Shown here: piece after piece, positions 36,097 to 46,363 of the stretch
Layout of the letters: each line of letters begins with the position of its first letter
How positions within the stretch are numbered: position 1 is the first letter of the stretch
Source: Bacilli bacterium
GTDB taxonomy: Bacteria > Bacillota_I > Bacilli_A > RF39 > UBA660
NCBI GenBank assembly: GCA_045541255.1
Contig: JAZQIU010000027.1
Location: forward strand, 924 to 64,923
Direction of reading: 5' to 3'
Length of the DNA stretch: 64,000 nucleotides
The notes under the pieces: generated by a model
Seen by the model: the letters and a program-made list of their open reading frames with translations, nothing else
Told to the model about the DNA's origin: nothing
Database searches by the model: none
Position numbers and translations under genes: made by a program

Positions 36097-37806
36097 TTAC
36101 TTTATTTGAAAGTATTCTAATATTGTATCTGCTATAGCATTACCAATAGTTTCTTTTTTTTCCATTATCCATTTTGCATCATCTTTATAATCATGATGTG
36201 CGATTTCTAAAAGTATTCCACAAGGAGTATATGCTGGATTTACTTCTCCTAATGAACCATTTGCATATTTTACACCACGATTAGCTAGTTCATCATCTTT
36301 ATTATAATAAATATTCATTAAACTATTTTGTATATTTTGTGCAAGAGAATATGTATTTGAAGTTGCATCATGTATCCAAGTTTCTATTCCATATGCAGTA
36401 TGTTCTTCACTAGCATTTGAATGTATTGCTAAGTGTAAATCTACTCCTAGATATGTGCTATCTGCTGTCCATCTATTTATATCGCCATATTCATTTCTAT
36501 AAGTAGTTACACCATAACTTTCTAAACGTTTTTCTATATAGTTTGTTAAATCATTCATTTCTTTCTTTTCGTTTGTATACCCTACTTCACTTACACCTAA
36601 GTTATTGTATTGGTTTGAAGCACTTAAATATACTTTATATTGATTTTTGGAACCTACTTTAAAATCAAATGTACTTACTATTGAATTATTTTTCTTTTCT
36701 TCTTTTGCTACTGCTTTGACGGTCATATCATTTTTAATTTCTATTTCATTAGTATAAACACTACCATATTCTATTGGGTCACTACCATCTGTTGTATAAT
36801 ATATTGTTGCATTTTCATTAGGTGATAACAATTTTATCTTTGTACCACTTTTAATTAATTTATAATTATAATTCGTATATACTGGTTTTAATGTTTCTTT
36901 TTCATTTATAGAAAAGTTGATTTCTGCTGTTTTAGAATAGTCTATATAATCTAAATATGATGCTGTTATTTTCAATTTATATGTTGCTGCTTTTTCAAAT
37001 AAATTATTAGATAATATAACATTTTTATCTTTTATCTCTTTTCTTCTTATTAGTTTAGTTCCATTATATAATTCTAATAAATAGTTAGTAGCATTATCAC
37101 CACCAGTAAATGATATTGGTATGTCATCATAATCTTTCATATCACCATCATTTGGATTAGTAAAACTAATTTCACTTATTGGACTCATTAAGTTATAAAT
37201 TTTTAATGTTGATATTATTACACTATTTTCTATTATTTCTAATGTATAACATACCTTATTATCTTTGAATTCACTATTCTTTATTATATATTCATCACTT
37301 GTTATATCTACCGTTTCAACTAAAGTATCATTTTGTTTTATATTCAGTTTATAATCTTTCTTTTTATAATCTCCGCTAAAATATAGGTTATAGTCATTTT
37401 CATTATCCATTACTACTAAGTTAGATTTAGAAAATGTTAATTCATCCCAAAGGAATGTATATGGTTCTTTAATACTTTTTGTATTACCTTCTTTATCTTT
37501 TGCTATTACTACTATTTTATATACTTCATTAAAATTTAAAGCGTCAAATTCTAAAGTAGCACTACAATCTTTTATATTGTCTCTGTATATAATTATATTT
37601 TCACTATCATATACTAAAATATCATAATTATCTGCAGCTTTAACTTTATCAAAGTAAACATAGAAATTAAGTCCTGTATTTGATACATTTTTAAATTCAA
37701 AATTAGTTAAGAAAGAACCATTATTAAGTATAAAATATGCTATTATAAAAGTTGCTACTATAAATAACATAATTATACCTATTATTGTTCCTATTATTTT
37801 TTTCAC
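36097..37806 (-). CDS. N-acetylmuramoyl-L-alanine amidase (Amidase_3) with Ig/FN3-like repeats
   Basis: C-terminal KVYLSASNQ...EKKEMNDL...VDLHLAIHSNA...GIETW. TIYYTTDGSDP chitobiase-type module. N-terminal TM. Confidence 0.8.
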   Translation of the reverse strand: MKKIIGTIIGIIMLFIVATFIIAYFILNNGSFLTNFEFKNVSNTGLNFYVYFDKVKAADNYDILVYDSENIIIYRDNIKDCSATLEFDALNFNEVYKIVVIAKDKEGNTKSIKEPYTFLWDELTFSKSNLVVMDNENDYNLYFSGDYKKKDYKLNIKQNDTLVETVDITSDEYIIKNSEFKDNKVCYTLEIIENSVIISTLKIYNLMSPISEISFTNPNDGDMKDYDDIPISFTGGDNATNYLLELYNGTKLIRRKEIKDKNVILSNNLFEKAATYKLKITASYLDYIDYSKTAEINFSINEKETLKPVYTNYNYKLIKSGTKIKLLSPNENATIYYTTDGSDPIEYGSVYTNEIEIKNDMTVKAVAKEEKKNNSIVSTFDFKVGSKNQYKVYLSASNQYNNLGVSEVGYTNEKKEMNDLTNYIEKRLESYGVTTYRNEYGDINRWTADSTYLGVDLHLAIHSNASEEHTAYGIETWIHDATSNTYSLAQNIQNSLMNIYYNKDDELANRGVKYANGSLGEVNPAYTPCGILLEIAHHDYKDDAKWIMEKKETIGNAIADTILEYFQIK

Positions 37807-37823
37807 ACTACCAACTCCAATTA

Positions 37824-38048
37824 TTAATTCATTAGTGAATTAAATTTATTTCTTATATCCTCTTTAATCTTTTTAGTTAAATCTTTATTTATTATATATT
37901 TATTATCTTTTAAATCTAATATATCTCCTTCTTTAATATTATTTGGTAACATACTTTTATCTATATTAAAGAAAGTATTTTTATTTCTATCTTCTAAAAT
38001 AACAATATTATCTTCTATTTTTTCTATTGTAAACATTATATCACCCAT
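37824..38048 (-). CDS. DUF3006-like small protein
   Basis: About 70 aa (IVILEDRNKNTF...LPNNIKEGDIL) directly downstream of, and overlapping, an MBL/ComEC-type gene, the usual partner. By-eye call. Confidence 0.55.
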   Translation of the reverse strand: MGDIMFTIEKIEDNIVILEDRNKNTFFNIDKSMLPNNIKEGDILDLKDNKYIINKDLTKKIKEDIRNKFNSLMN

Positions 38049-38940
38049 CTATATTTGTATCTATAGTTTCAAAATTTATATTTTTTCCATCGCTTGTTAA
38101 TTTTATAGTACCATTTAAATCAGTTCTATAAACTTTTATATTTTTTTCTTTTAATTTATCTAAAGCAGTTTTTGTTGGATGGTCATATTTATTATTTGTA
38201 CCTACTTGTATTATTGCGTATTGTGGATTAACTTTATTTATGAAACTTTCTGTACTACTATAACTAGAACCATGATGTCCTACTTTTAATACATTTGATT
38301 CAATATCTTTATTAAGTATTTTTTCTTCAGTTTTATCAGTTGCATCTCCTGTGAATAAGTAACTAGTTTTACCATATTCTAGTTTTAATACTATTGAAGT
38401 ATTGTTTAAATCGCTTTCATCTGTTCCTGTATATATAACTTTGAAATTCATGTTATTAAGTTTAATTTCTTCATCTATTTTTGGAATAGTTATTTTATAA
38501 TTTTTTTCTGCTATTGTATCTAATAATTTTTCAAATATATTAGCTGTGGTTGTAGCATTTGGTAAATATATTGTACCAATATCTAAAGCGTTTATCACAT
38601 CTGGTAAACCACCTATATGATCTTCATGCGGATGTGTACCAACTAATATATCTATATCATTAATATTTAATTCTTCTTGTAAATATTTAACTAAGTTTTC
38701 TCCATCACTTTGATTTCCACCATCTATTAACATTGTATAATCTTTTTCTTTTATTAAAATAGAATCTGCTTGGCCTACATCAAAAAAATATATTTCTAAT
38801 TTAGAATCTACTATATTTGTAGTAGGTTTTTTTTCTTCTTTTTTATCTAATATTTTTTCTTTACCTAATAAACCTATTATAGCAATTATTAAAAATACAA
38901 TTAATTTATTTAAAATTTTATTTAACTTTTTACTATTCAT
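38041..38940 (-). CDS. MBL-fold metallo-hydrolase (ComEC C-terminal-like), membrane-anchored
   Basis: HPHEDHIGG metal motif, downstream GDA and HHGS. Confidence 0.8.
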   Translation of the reverse strand: MNSKKLNKILNKLIVFLIIAIIGLLGKEKILDKKEEKKPTTNIVDSKLEIYFFDVGQADSILIKEKDYTMLIDGGNQSDGENLVKYLQEELNINDIDILVGTHPHEDHIGGLPDVINALDIGTIYLPNATTTANIFEKLLDTIAEKNYKITIPKIDEEIKLNNMNFKVIYTGTDESDLNNTSIVLKLEYGKTSYLFTGDATDKTEEKILNKDIESNVLKVGHHGSSYSSTESFINKVNPQYAIIQVGTNNKYDHPTKTALDKLKEKNIKVYRTDLNGTIKLTSDGKNINFETIDTNIDG

Positions 38941-39064
38941 ATTACCTCTATCTACTTTATAAGTATATCATAAATATAGATTTTTTAAATTTAATATTGT
39001 AATGTTTTATCTATTTTTGTCGTATAACTTGTAAAAGTAAAAATAATCTTTATTATATCTTTTT

Positions 39065-39297
39065 GGTGTTAGGACAGGTGTCTACTATTATACTTGTGTT
39101 CTATCTTTCTTATTCTTTCGTATAACGGGGTTTTGGTAAGTAGTGCGGAGGTGTATATAGTTTTGTTAGAAGCAATTTTAACAATATTAAAAAGTCTACT
39201 TAGTAGACAAAATAAAAAGACATCTACAAATATAGTTACAAAAATAACTATTGTAAATGTCACTTTTAAACATAAGTAGGCATTTAGTCCTAACGCT
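39065..39297. other. Unassigned ~230-bp structured element (candidate ncRNA or MITE-like inverted-repeat element)
   Basis: The ends pair: 39065-39075 with 39287-39297 (core GTTAGGAC/GTCCTAAC) and 39079-39086 with 39275-39282. Internal hairpins at 39194-39208 (GTCTACTTAGTAGAC) and 39232-39251. The region is stop-free on both strands despite the AT-rich context. Confidence 0.3.
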
Positions 39298-39516
39298 CTA
39301 CTAAATTGAGTTTATCATACTTTAGATATGTTGTAAATTATAATTTTGTTTACTAATAATTATTAGTTTTGTGAATTCATCTCTTTATATAATTTTATTC
39401 TTCTATCATTGTTAGAGCTATAAGTATAACATAAAATAATTAGAGTATAATAAGCAAAAATAAAAACTATACAGAATTTTATAATTATTGTATAATTATA
39501 AAATAGGAATGGTATT

Positions 39517-41544
39517 ATGAAGAGTATTATAAGAAAGTTTAAAAAATTAAATAAGAGTTATCAAATAATGTTTTTTATAGTTAGTATATTATTTTTGATT
39601 AGTATTATTTTTATTAGTCAAGGGTTATTATTATTAAAAAATATAGAAACCGGTTTAAGAGTTATATTTTTGATATTTGTTTATATTAGTTATTTAATAT
39701 ATTTATTTATAAGTATATTGTTACTGTTTAGTAAAAAGAATAAAGCTTATATTGGTAATTCAATATTTATTAGTATACTTAGTATATTGTTTATAATAAT
39801 TAGTATATATATTAATAAAACTTATAATATTGTTGATAATATGAATAAAAAGATGGTTACCTACTCTGGTAGTTTGGTTGTTATGAAGGATACTAATTTT
39901 AAAAATGATAAAGATTTTATTGTTGGTATGATTAGTGATGAGACTGATATAGAGGGTAATGTTCTAGCTAATAAATTGTTAGATAAGAAGAAGTTAGATA
40001 AGATTGATATAAAGTATTATGATAATTATTTGGAGATGCTTGGTGATTTATATAATGATACTATTAATGGTGTTATGATAAGTAGTAGTTATGTATTAAG
40101 TTATTCAGGATATGATAATTATTCTAATATTGGTACTGAAACTAAGATTATTTATTCTTATAAAGAAGATATGGAGAATCAAGATATTAAGTTAAGTACT
40201 AATAAGAGTTTAACAGAACCTTTTACTATTTTGTTATTGGGAGTTGACTCTACTCAAGACGGTTTAAAGAGTAATACAGTATTTAATGGAGATACTATGA
40301 TGTTAATAACATTTAATCCTAAAACATTAAATACTACTGTATTTAGTATTCCAAGAGATACTTATGTTCCTATTGCTTGTAATGGCAAAAAATCTAATAA
40401 GATTAATTCAAGTGCTGTTGGTGGTGCTACTTGCGTTATTAATACTATTGAAGATTTAATTGATATTGATATAGATTATTACGTTAAGATTAATTTTAAA
40501 GGTGTTGTTGATTTAGTCGATGCTTTAGGTGGTGTTGATGTAAATGTTCCTATTAAGTTTTGTGAACAAGATAGCAACAGAAATTTTGGTAAGAGTGAAA
40601 TTTGTTTAGAGACTGGTGAACAAACTTTAAATGGTGAACAAGCACTTGCGTTAGCTCGTCATAGAAAAACATTAGCAACCGGTGATTTCCAAAGAGTTCA
40701 ACATCAACAATTAGTTGTTGAAGCAATGACTAAGAAAGCTAAGAGTATTAGAAGTGTTAGTACTTTATATGATATTTTAGGTGTTGTTAGTAAGAATATA
40801 GAAACTAATATTAAAACTGATGAAATACTTAATTTATATAATGTTGGTAAAAGAATGTTATTTGAAAATAATGCTTCTATAAATATAGAAAAAACATATT
40901 TAACAGGATATGATTTAACAATGTTAATTCCAGGTCTAGGTAATGTTTATACTTTCCAATATTATGAAGAAAGTTTAGATGAAATTGTTAAAGCTATGAA
41001 AGTTAATTTAGGATTAATTGAACCTGAGATGACTAAAACATTTAATTTCTCAGTTAATTATATTTATGAGGTTCCTGTTATTGGAAAACAATATTATAGT
41101 GTTAAAAGAAATGAGGCCTTACCTAGTTTTGTTGATAAAAGTTTAAGTTCGTTAAATACTTGGGCATCTAGCAGAAATATAACTGTTAATACAAAATATA
41201 TAACAGAAGGTATGGATGGATATGATGAAAATAAAGATGGTGTTATTATTAGTCAAAATGTAAGTAAAGGTACTTTAGTTTCTACTATAAATAGTATTAC
41301 AGTAAATGTAGTTAAGGTTGATAAAACTGTATCTAGTGAGAAAGATGATAATGATGTTACCAACAATAATTCAAATAATGTTACTATAGAAAATAATAGT
41401 AATAATGAAAATGTTGAAAAACCAAAAGAAGAAAATAATAATATTGAAAATAATAATTCTAATAATACAACAGATAATAAACTTGATAAAAATGAAAATA
41501 TAGATAATAATGACAATAACAATTTAGAAAATGAAGAAAATTAA
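39517..41544 (+). CDS. LCP (LytR-CpsA-Psr) family protein with multi-TM N-terminus, PASTA-like module and Asn-rich tail
   Basis: LLLGVDS...GDTMMLITFNP...FSIPRDTYV...ALALARHRK. Confidence 0.85.
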   Translation: MKSIIRKFKKLNKSYQIMFFIVSILFLISIIFISQGLLLLKNIETGLRVIFLIFVYISYLIYLFISILLLFSKKNKAYIGNSIFISILSILFIIISIYINKTYNIVDNMNKKMVTYSGSLVVMKDTNFKNDKDFIVGMISDETDIEGNVLANKLLDKKKLDKIDIKYYDNYLEMLGDLYNDTINGVMISSSYVLSYSGYDNYSNIGTETKIIYSYKEDMENQDIKLSTNKSLTEPFTILLLGVDSTQDGLKSNTVFNGDTMMLITFNPKTLNTTVFSIPRDTYVPIACNGKKSNKINSSAVGGATCVINTIEDLIDIDIDYYVKINFKGVVDLVDALGGVDVNVPIKFCEQDSNRNFGKSEICLETGEQTLNGEQALALARHRKTLATGDFQRVQHQQLVVEAMTKKAKSIRSVSTLYDILGVVSKNIETNIKTDEILNLYNVGKRMLFENNASINIEKTYLTGYDLTMLIPGLGNVYTFQYYEESLDEIVKAMKVNLGLIEPEMTKTFNFSVNYIYEVPVIGKQYYSVKRNEALPSFVDKSLSSLNTWASSRNITVNTKYITEGMDGYDENKDGVIISQNVSKGTLVSTINSITVNVVKVDKTVSSEKDDNDVTNNNSNNVTIENNSNNENVEKPKEENNNIENNNSNNTTDNKLDKNENIDNNDNNNLENEEN

Positions 41545-41546
41545 AA

Positions 41547-41569
41547 AACAGATTTAAGTCTGTTTTTTT
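41547..41569. terminator. Bidirectional terminator between convergent genes
   Basis: AACAGA-TTTAAG-TCTGTT flanked by A- and T-runs. Confidence 0.6.
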
Positions 41570-42068
41570 ATATTTCAATAAGTTCATCATTTTCTTTTTT
41601 AGTTTTTTTAGTTTTCTTAATAAATTCTATTTTAGGTTGTTTATCTTTTTTAGATAATTTAGAATTTATTTCAGCAACATCTTTGAATAGTTTTAGAATA
41701 AGTAAAAAGAATTCAAAAGATAAACGTGCTATTATATTTCCAAATACTAAAATACTTAAGAATGTAAAGAAATTTGTAGTTAAGTATGTGAATGAACATA
41801 GAGTTATTGCTATTGCTGTAATTAAATATGCAACTCTAAATATAGGTTCAATTATAGTTATTTTAAAGTTTAAAAAATCATATAATACTTTTTTGAAACC
41901 TGTGTATGTATTTTCTTTATCTTTACTAAAATATGTTGTATATAAGAATATACCTCCTATTACTGCTAATAATATACTTATAATAGTCCATACCTCACTA
42001 ATTGAAAATGATGTTGTAGTATTTGATATTGTATTTGTTATTCCACTATTAATATCGTATTGTGGCAT
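41568..42068 (-). CDS. DUF4282-like membrane protein (tentative)
   Basis: GAAAGGTG RBS. Hydrophobic segments with LYDFLNFKITIIEPIFRVAY...ARLSFEFFLLILKLF. Preferred over the antisense ORF 41683-42099. Confidence 0.45.
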   Translation of the reverse strand: MPQYDINSGITNTISNTTTSFSISEVWTIISILLAVIGGIFLYTTYFSKDKENTYTGFKKVLYDFLNFKITIIEPIFRVAYLITAIAITLCSFTYLTTNFFTFLSILVFGNIIARLSFEFFLLILKLFKDVAEINSKLSKKDKQPKIEFIKKTKKTKKENDELIEI

Positions 42069-42171
42069 TATTTATCACACCTTTCATTTTAAAATATAGC
42101 ATCTGAGTATGAATTTTTCAAGAAATTATAAATAATAGTTTACATATAAAAAATAGTTTCATTTTTAGAAA

Positions 42172-43704
42172 CTATTTTGTTATTAGTAATTGTTGACCTA
42201 TAGTTAAAGAATTATCTATTAAGTTGTTTATTTCTTTTAGTTCATTTACTGATAAGTTATTATCTTTAGCTATACTCCATAGAGTATCACCTTTTTTTAC
42301 TGTATATACAGTATCTAATGTACCTGGTATTTTTAATAATTGTCCTACTGATAATGTGTTACTTGTTAAGTTATTTAAATTTTTTATTTCATTTACTGTT
42401 GTATTGTATTTATTTGCTAGAAAATATAAAGTATCCCCTGCTTTAACTGTATAGTAATCAAAATCTTCTGTAACTATATCACTTGTTGTTTCTCTTATTT
42501 TTAATGTTTGTCCTATAGATAAAGTATTGGATGATAAGTTATTCAACTCTTTTAATTCGTTTACAGTTAAGTTATATTTAGATGCAATAGAATATAATGT
42601 ATCTCCTGATTTAACAGTATATGTATTTATTGTACTTTCTTCTGTAGTACCTGGTAATAATAGTACTTGTCCTATAGATAGATTATTTGTTGTTAAGTTA
42701 TTTAAAGATTTTAATTCACTTACTGTTGTACCATATTTATTTGCTATAGAATATAAAGATTCCCCTTTTGAAACTGTATGTGTATTTGGTTGTTCTATAC
42801 TAGTTCCAGGTATTTTAAGTATTTGACCTAATGATAATGTATTAGATGTTAAATTGTTTGTAGTTTTTAATTCATCTACTGTAATATCATATTTTTTAGC
42901 AATAGAATATAATGTATCTCCTGATTTAACAGTGTATGTATTTGAATATAGTGGAGATTCTTCTTCTATTTCTTCTGTTGGTAATTTTAGCTGTTGTCCT
43001 ATAGATAAAGTATTAGATGTAAGATTATTTAATTCTTTTATTTTATTTACAGTAGTATTATTAGCATTTGCTATACTCCATAATGAATCTCCTTTTTTTA
43101 CTGTATAATAACCTTTCTTTTCATATGGTATATTTTTATAATCTAATACTGCTTCTACTACAGCATCAGCATATTCTTTATAATTAGCTTTTAATCTAGC
43201 AGCATCACTTGCATTATCTAGAAAACCATATTCTACTATAACTGTTTCTGCATTAGGAGTATTTCTTAACATATAATAATAATCTTTAGATGTATCACTA
43301 GGTAAACGTCTTTGATAATACTTTCTTATAGTTTGTCCTTTTTCTGATATGTTATTAAGAATTTTACTAGCAAAAGTGTCTTTATCACGAAGGGCATAGA
43401 TTACTTCAGCACCTTCCCCACCTCCTGCATTTATGTGATTAGATATAATTATTACATTTTCTCCGTTACCATATTTAGATAATGCTACTCCAGGTCTATT
43501 ATCACTAGTTAGAGTAACATCACTATCTCTTGTTAGAGCAACAGGTATTCCTAGTTCTTTAAATCTATCATACATATATTTACTAATATCTAAAGTTAAA
43601 TCTTTTTCTATTATTCCATTACCAGAAGCTCCGCTGTCTTCTCCACCGTGACCAGCGTCTATAACCACTCCTGTTAATGCTCTTAAATAGTTCATTTTAA
43701 TCAC
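42172..43704 (-). CDS. N-acetylmuramoyl-L-alanine amidase (Amidase_3) with six C-terminal LysM repeats
   Basis: VIDAGHGGEDSGA...IISNHINAGGGEGAEVIY, then six copies of YTVKxGDTLxSIAxKYxxTVxELKxLNNLxSNxLSxGQxLxIP. Confidence 0.9.
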   Translation of the reverse strand: MIKMNYLRALTGVVIDAGHGGEDSGASGNGIIEKDLTLDISKYMYDRFKELGIPVALTRDSDVTLTSDNRPGVALSKYGNGENVIIISNHINAGGGEGAEVIYALRDKDTFASKILNNISEKGQTIRKYYQRRLPSDTSKDYYYMLRNTPNAETVIVEYGFLDNASDAARLKANYKEYADAVVEAVLDYKNIPYEKKGYYTVKKGDSLWSIANANNTTVNKIKELNNLTSNTLSIGQQLKLPTEEIEEESPLYSNTYTVKSGDTLYSIAKKYDITVDELKTTNNLTSNTLSLGQILKIPGTSIEQPNTHTVSKGESLYSIANKYGTTVSELKSLNNLTTNNLSIGQVLLLPGTTEESTINTYTVKSGDTLYSIASKYNLTVNELKELNNLSSNTLSIGQTLKIRETTSDIVTEDFDYYTVKAGDTLYFLANKYNTTVNEIKNLNNLTSNTLSVGQLLKIPGTLDTVYTVKKGDTLWSIAKDNNLSVNELKEINNLIDNSLTIGQQLLITK

Positions 43705-43726
43705 CTAAGATATTGTATGATACTAT

Positions 43727-43909
43727 TTATTTTTTTGTTAAAAATTTCTTATATACAAGTAATAGTGTTATAAATATTACTGTAAAAAATATTATTAATC
43801 TAATTAAAACTAATTTGGTAGGAATATCTCCTATATGATACCAACTCATTAATTCAAAAGTTATAAGAGTTATTAATAGAGTTATTGTTAAAATTATTAT
43901 CTTTTTCAT
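43727..43909 (-). CDS. Small membrane protein
   Basis: Two hydrophobic helices. Overlaps the upstream ORF by 4 nt. Confidence 0.35.
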   Translation of the reverse strand: MKKIIILTITLLITLITFELMSWYHIGDIPTKLVLIRLIIFFTVIFITLLLVYKKFLTKK

Positions 43910-44169
43910 TTTATCCTCCTACTTTTTAGTTTTATGAAATCTAATATTAATCCATAAAAGGTATTTGTTAATATGTTTGATATATACCATAGATAATTAT
44001 TAGAGTTCATGAAATCACAAAATATTTTACTATCATCTAGTAAGTTTAGTATTGGATTTAATCCTATCAATAAGATATTCATATCATCTTTTTTTAAAAT
44101 ATTTAATACAACTATAATTATACTTAGTAATATAAAATAAAATGTAAATGTTTTATAGATTTTTTTCAT
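43906..44169 (-). CDS. Small membrane protein
   Basis: Start set at MKKIYKTF (ATG 44169) behind GGAGGT. Confidence 0.35.
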   Translation of the reverse strand: MKKIYKTFTFYFILLSIIIVVLNILKKDDMNILLIGLNPILNLLDDSKIFCDFMNSNNYLWYISNILTNTFYGLILDFIKLKSRRIK

Positions 44170-44236
44170 AATACCTCCATACTTTATAATTATATTATAA
44201 TATAATAAAAACACTATTTAAAGATAAATAGCGTTT

Positions 44237-44809
44237 TTAGTTACAAGTTCCATTATGTGAAATAATATATTTTTTAACATCGTTTATTAGTTTCTTTTTA
44301 CTTTTATATTTATTTATATCAATATTCATATCTTCTAATGTTATATTATCTGTAGTATAGAATTCTATGTTTGGATTATCTCTAGTTGTTGTGGCTTCAT
44401 AATATTCTTTTTTACTATTAACTATACAATATACTCCATAAGAGTCTGATACCATGTTATTAGGTTTTACTTCAAAGTATTTTCTACTTATTAATATAAA
44501 TATAGTTATAAGTAATGATATTAAGAGTAATAGTCCTATATATTTTAGTATTTTTATAATTATACCAGCTAGTCTTTCAGTGTTACTAACTTTTGTAATA
44601 AGTATTTCTTTTAAATCGTTGTTTGTTAATTCATCTAAACTTATTTTAAATATTTGTGATAGTTTTTTTGCTTGATTTAAATCTGGATATGTTTCTCCTA
44701 GTTCCCATTTACTTATTGTTTGTCTAGTAACATTAATTAGTTCTGCTAATTGTTCTTGACTCATATTATTACTTTTTCTTAATTTTAATATATTTTTACC
44801 TATTTCCAT
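44237..44809 (-). CDS. XRE-family HTH regulator with TM segment and extracytoplasmic domain
   Basis: LRKSNNMSQEQLAELINVTRQTISKWELGETYP followed by a TM helix. Confidence 0.75.
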   Translation of the reverse strand: MEIGKNILKLRKSNNMSQEQLAELINVTRQTISKWELGETYPDLNQAKKLSQIFKISLDELTNNDLKEILITKVSNTERLAGIIIKILKYIGLLLLISLLITIFILISRKYFEVKPNNMVSDSYGVYCIVNSKKEYYEATTTRDNPNIEFYTTDNITLEDMNIDINKYKSKKKLINDVKKYIISHNGTCN

Positions 44810-44906
44810 TTTTATTCTCCTTTCAAGTATAATTTAATATTTTTTATATTATTATTCTACCAATTTTAGTTTGAAGTTTAGCAATATTTGTTAACATTAT
44901 AAAAAA

Positions 44907-44928
44907 ATAGTATAAATCTTTATACTAT
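44907..44928. terminator. Terminator after gatB
   Basis: ATAGTATAAA/TTTATACTAT arms with flanking A/T runs. Confidence 0.6.
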
Positions 44929-44935
44929 TTTTTGT

Positions 44936-46363
44936 TTAATTTAATTTTTTATGTAATAATTCTTTTGTTATTATAGGGTTTGCTTTACCTCTTGTATTTT
45001 TCATAACTTGTCCTACGAAGTAGTCGAATAATCTATCTTTACCACTTCTATATTCTTCTACTTGGCTTGGACTATTAGATATTATTTCATCTATTATTTT
45101 TTCTAGTTCTGCTTCGTCAGATATTTGAGCGTTTTCTTTACTAATATAATTACTTGGTTCTTTTTCTTCTTCTAATACTTTGAAGAACACTTCTTTAGCT
45201 TGTTTAGATGAGATAGTACCATTTTTTATATTATCTACAATAAATTTTAATCTTTCTGGTGTTAAATAAATATCATTAATGCTTAATTCATATTTATTTA
45301 TATATGCTATTACATTTACTGTAATCCAGTTACAAGATTCTTTAGGATCCATACCTAGTTCTAAACATTTTTCAAAATAGTCAGATATTTCTTTTTCTTT
45401 TACTAAGATAGTTGCATCATAATCTGATAAAGAATATTTTTCTATATAATCTGCTTTTCTTTCGTTTCTTAGTTTAGGTATTTCTTTTTTGATTTCTTCA
45501 ATCCATTCGTTTGCTATTTTATATTTAGGTAGATTTGGATCTACGAAATATTTGTAATCTATTGCATCTGCTTTTGAACGCATTCTTATTGTAGTACCTG
45601 ATTCTTCATCAAATCTTCTTGTTTCTTGTTCTACTTCTTCATATCTTCCAGCGTCTTTTAATTCGCTTTGTCTTTTTATTTCATAGTTGATTGCATCGTA
45701 AACATTACCAAAAGAGTTTATATTTTTTATTTCAACTCTTGTTCCAAATTCTGTTGCATCTTCTTCCATTATTGATACGTTTACGTCACATCTAATTTGT
45801 CCTTTTTTAGTATCAGCTTCTGATACATCACAATATTTATATGCACTTCTCATATGTTCTAAGAAAGCTACTGCTTCTTCTGCTGAATGTAGACATGGTT
45901 CTGTAACTAATTCTAATAATGGTACTCCTGCTCTATTATAATCTATTACAGATGTATCATATAAATGGTCCATTGATGCAGCATCTTCTTCTAAGTGAAT
46001 ATCATGTATATCAACTGGTATAATTCTATCATTACATTCTATTTCTATATGTCCATTAACTCCTACTGGTGAATCAAATTGTGTTATTTGATAACCTTTT
46101 GGTAAGTCTGGATAGTAGTAATTTTTTCTATCGAAATACATATATTCTGGTATTTCACAATTTAATACCATTGCCATTTTTAATGCATCTTTTATACATT
46201 TTTTATTTGCTACAGGAAGCGTTCCAGGAAAAGCCATATCAACTGGTTTGATATTTGAGTTAGCTATTTCTGAATATGAATTTTCAGCGCTTGAAAATAC
46301 TTTTGAATTTGATTTTAGTTCGCAATGCATTTCAAGTCCAATAACTGCTTTATATTTACCCAT
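44936..46363 (-). CDS. gatB: Asp/Glu-tRNA amidotransferase subunit B
   Basis: Full-length GatB pattern (GLEMHCELKS, FPGTLPV, C-terminal YFVGQVMK). Confidence 0.95.
   Translation of the reverse strand: MGKYKAVIGLEMHCELKSNSKVFSSAENSYSEIANSNIKPVDMAFPGTLPVANKKCIKDALKMAMVLNCEIPEYMYFDRKNYYYPDLPKGYQITQFDSPVGVNGHIEIECNDRIIPVDIHDIHLEEDAASMDHLYDTSVIDYNRAGVPLLELVTEPCLHSAEEAVAFLEHMRSAYKYCDVSEADTKKGQIRCDVNVSIMEEDATEFGTRVEIKNINSFGNVYDAINYEIKRQSELKDAGRYEEVEQETRRFDEESGTTIRMRSKADAIDYKYFVDPNLPKYKIANEWIEEIKKEIPKLRNERKADYIEKYSLSDYDATILVKEKEISDYFEKCLELGMDPKESCNWITVNVIAYINKYELSINDIYLTPERLKFIVDNIKNGTISSKQAKEVFFKVLEEEKEPSNYISKENAQISDEAELEKIIDEIISNSPSQVEEYRSGKDRLFDYFVGQVMKNTRGKANPIITKELLHKKLN

Noticed and set aside
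39069-39279. Overlapping 64-aa (minus) and 61-aa (plus) ORFs as a possible type I toxin-antitoxin or small membrane protein.
   Set aside because: The minus ORF has a GTG start with no RBS. The plus ORF would need an internal TTG/GTG behind GGAGGTG. The paired ends and hairpins fit a structured DNA/RNA element better. Kept only as an unassigned element.
41253-41544. Low-complexity AAT-rich stretch and antisense ORF 41253-41522.
   Set aside because: It encodes the Asn-rich C-terminal tail of the LCP protein. The antisense ORF is a compositional artefact.
41683-42099. 138-aa plus-strand ORF.
   Set aside because: The opposite-strand ORF (41568-42068) has a GAAAGGTG RBS, membrane-protein features and a terminator. 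The plus ORF has none.
42172-43150. Tandem ~130-140-bp DNA repeats, with three plus-strand ORFs (42224-42454, 42527-42826, 42854-43108).
   Set aside because: The repeats encode the six LysM modules of the minus-strand amidase. The plus-strand ORFs are antisense shadows. This is not a CRISPR or satellite array.
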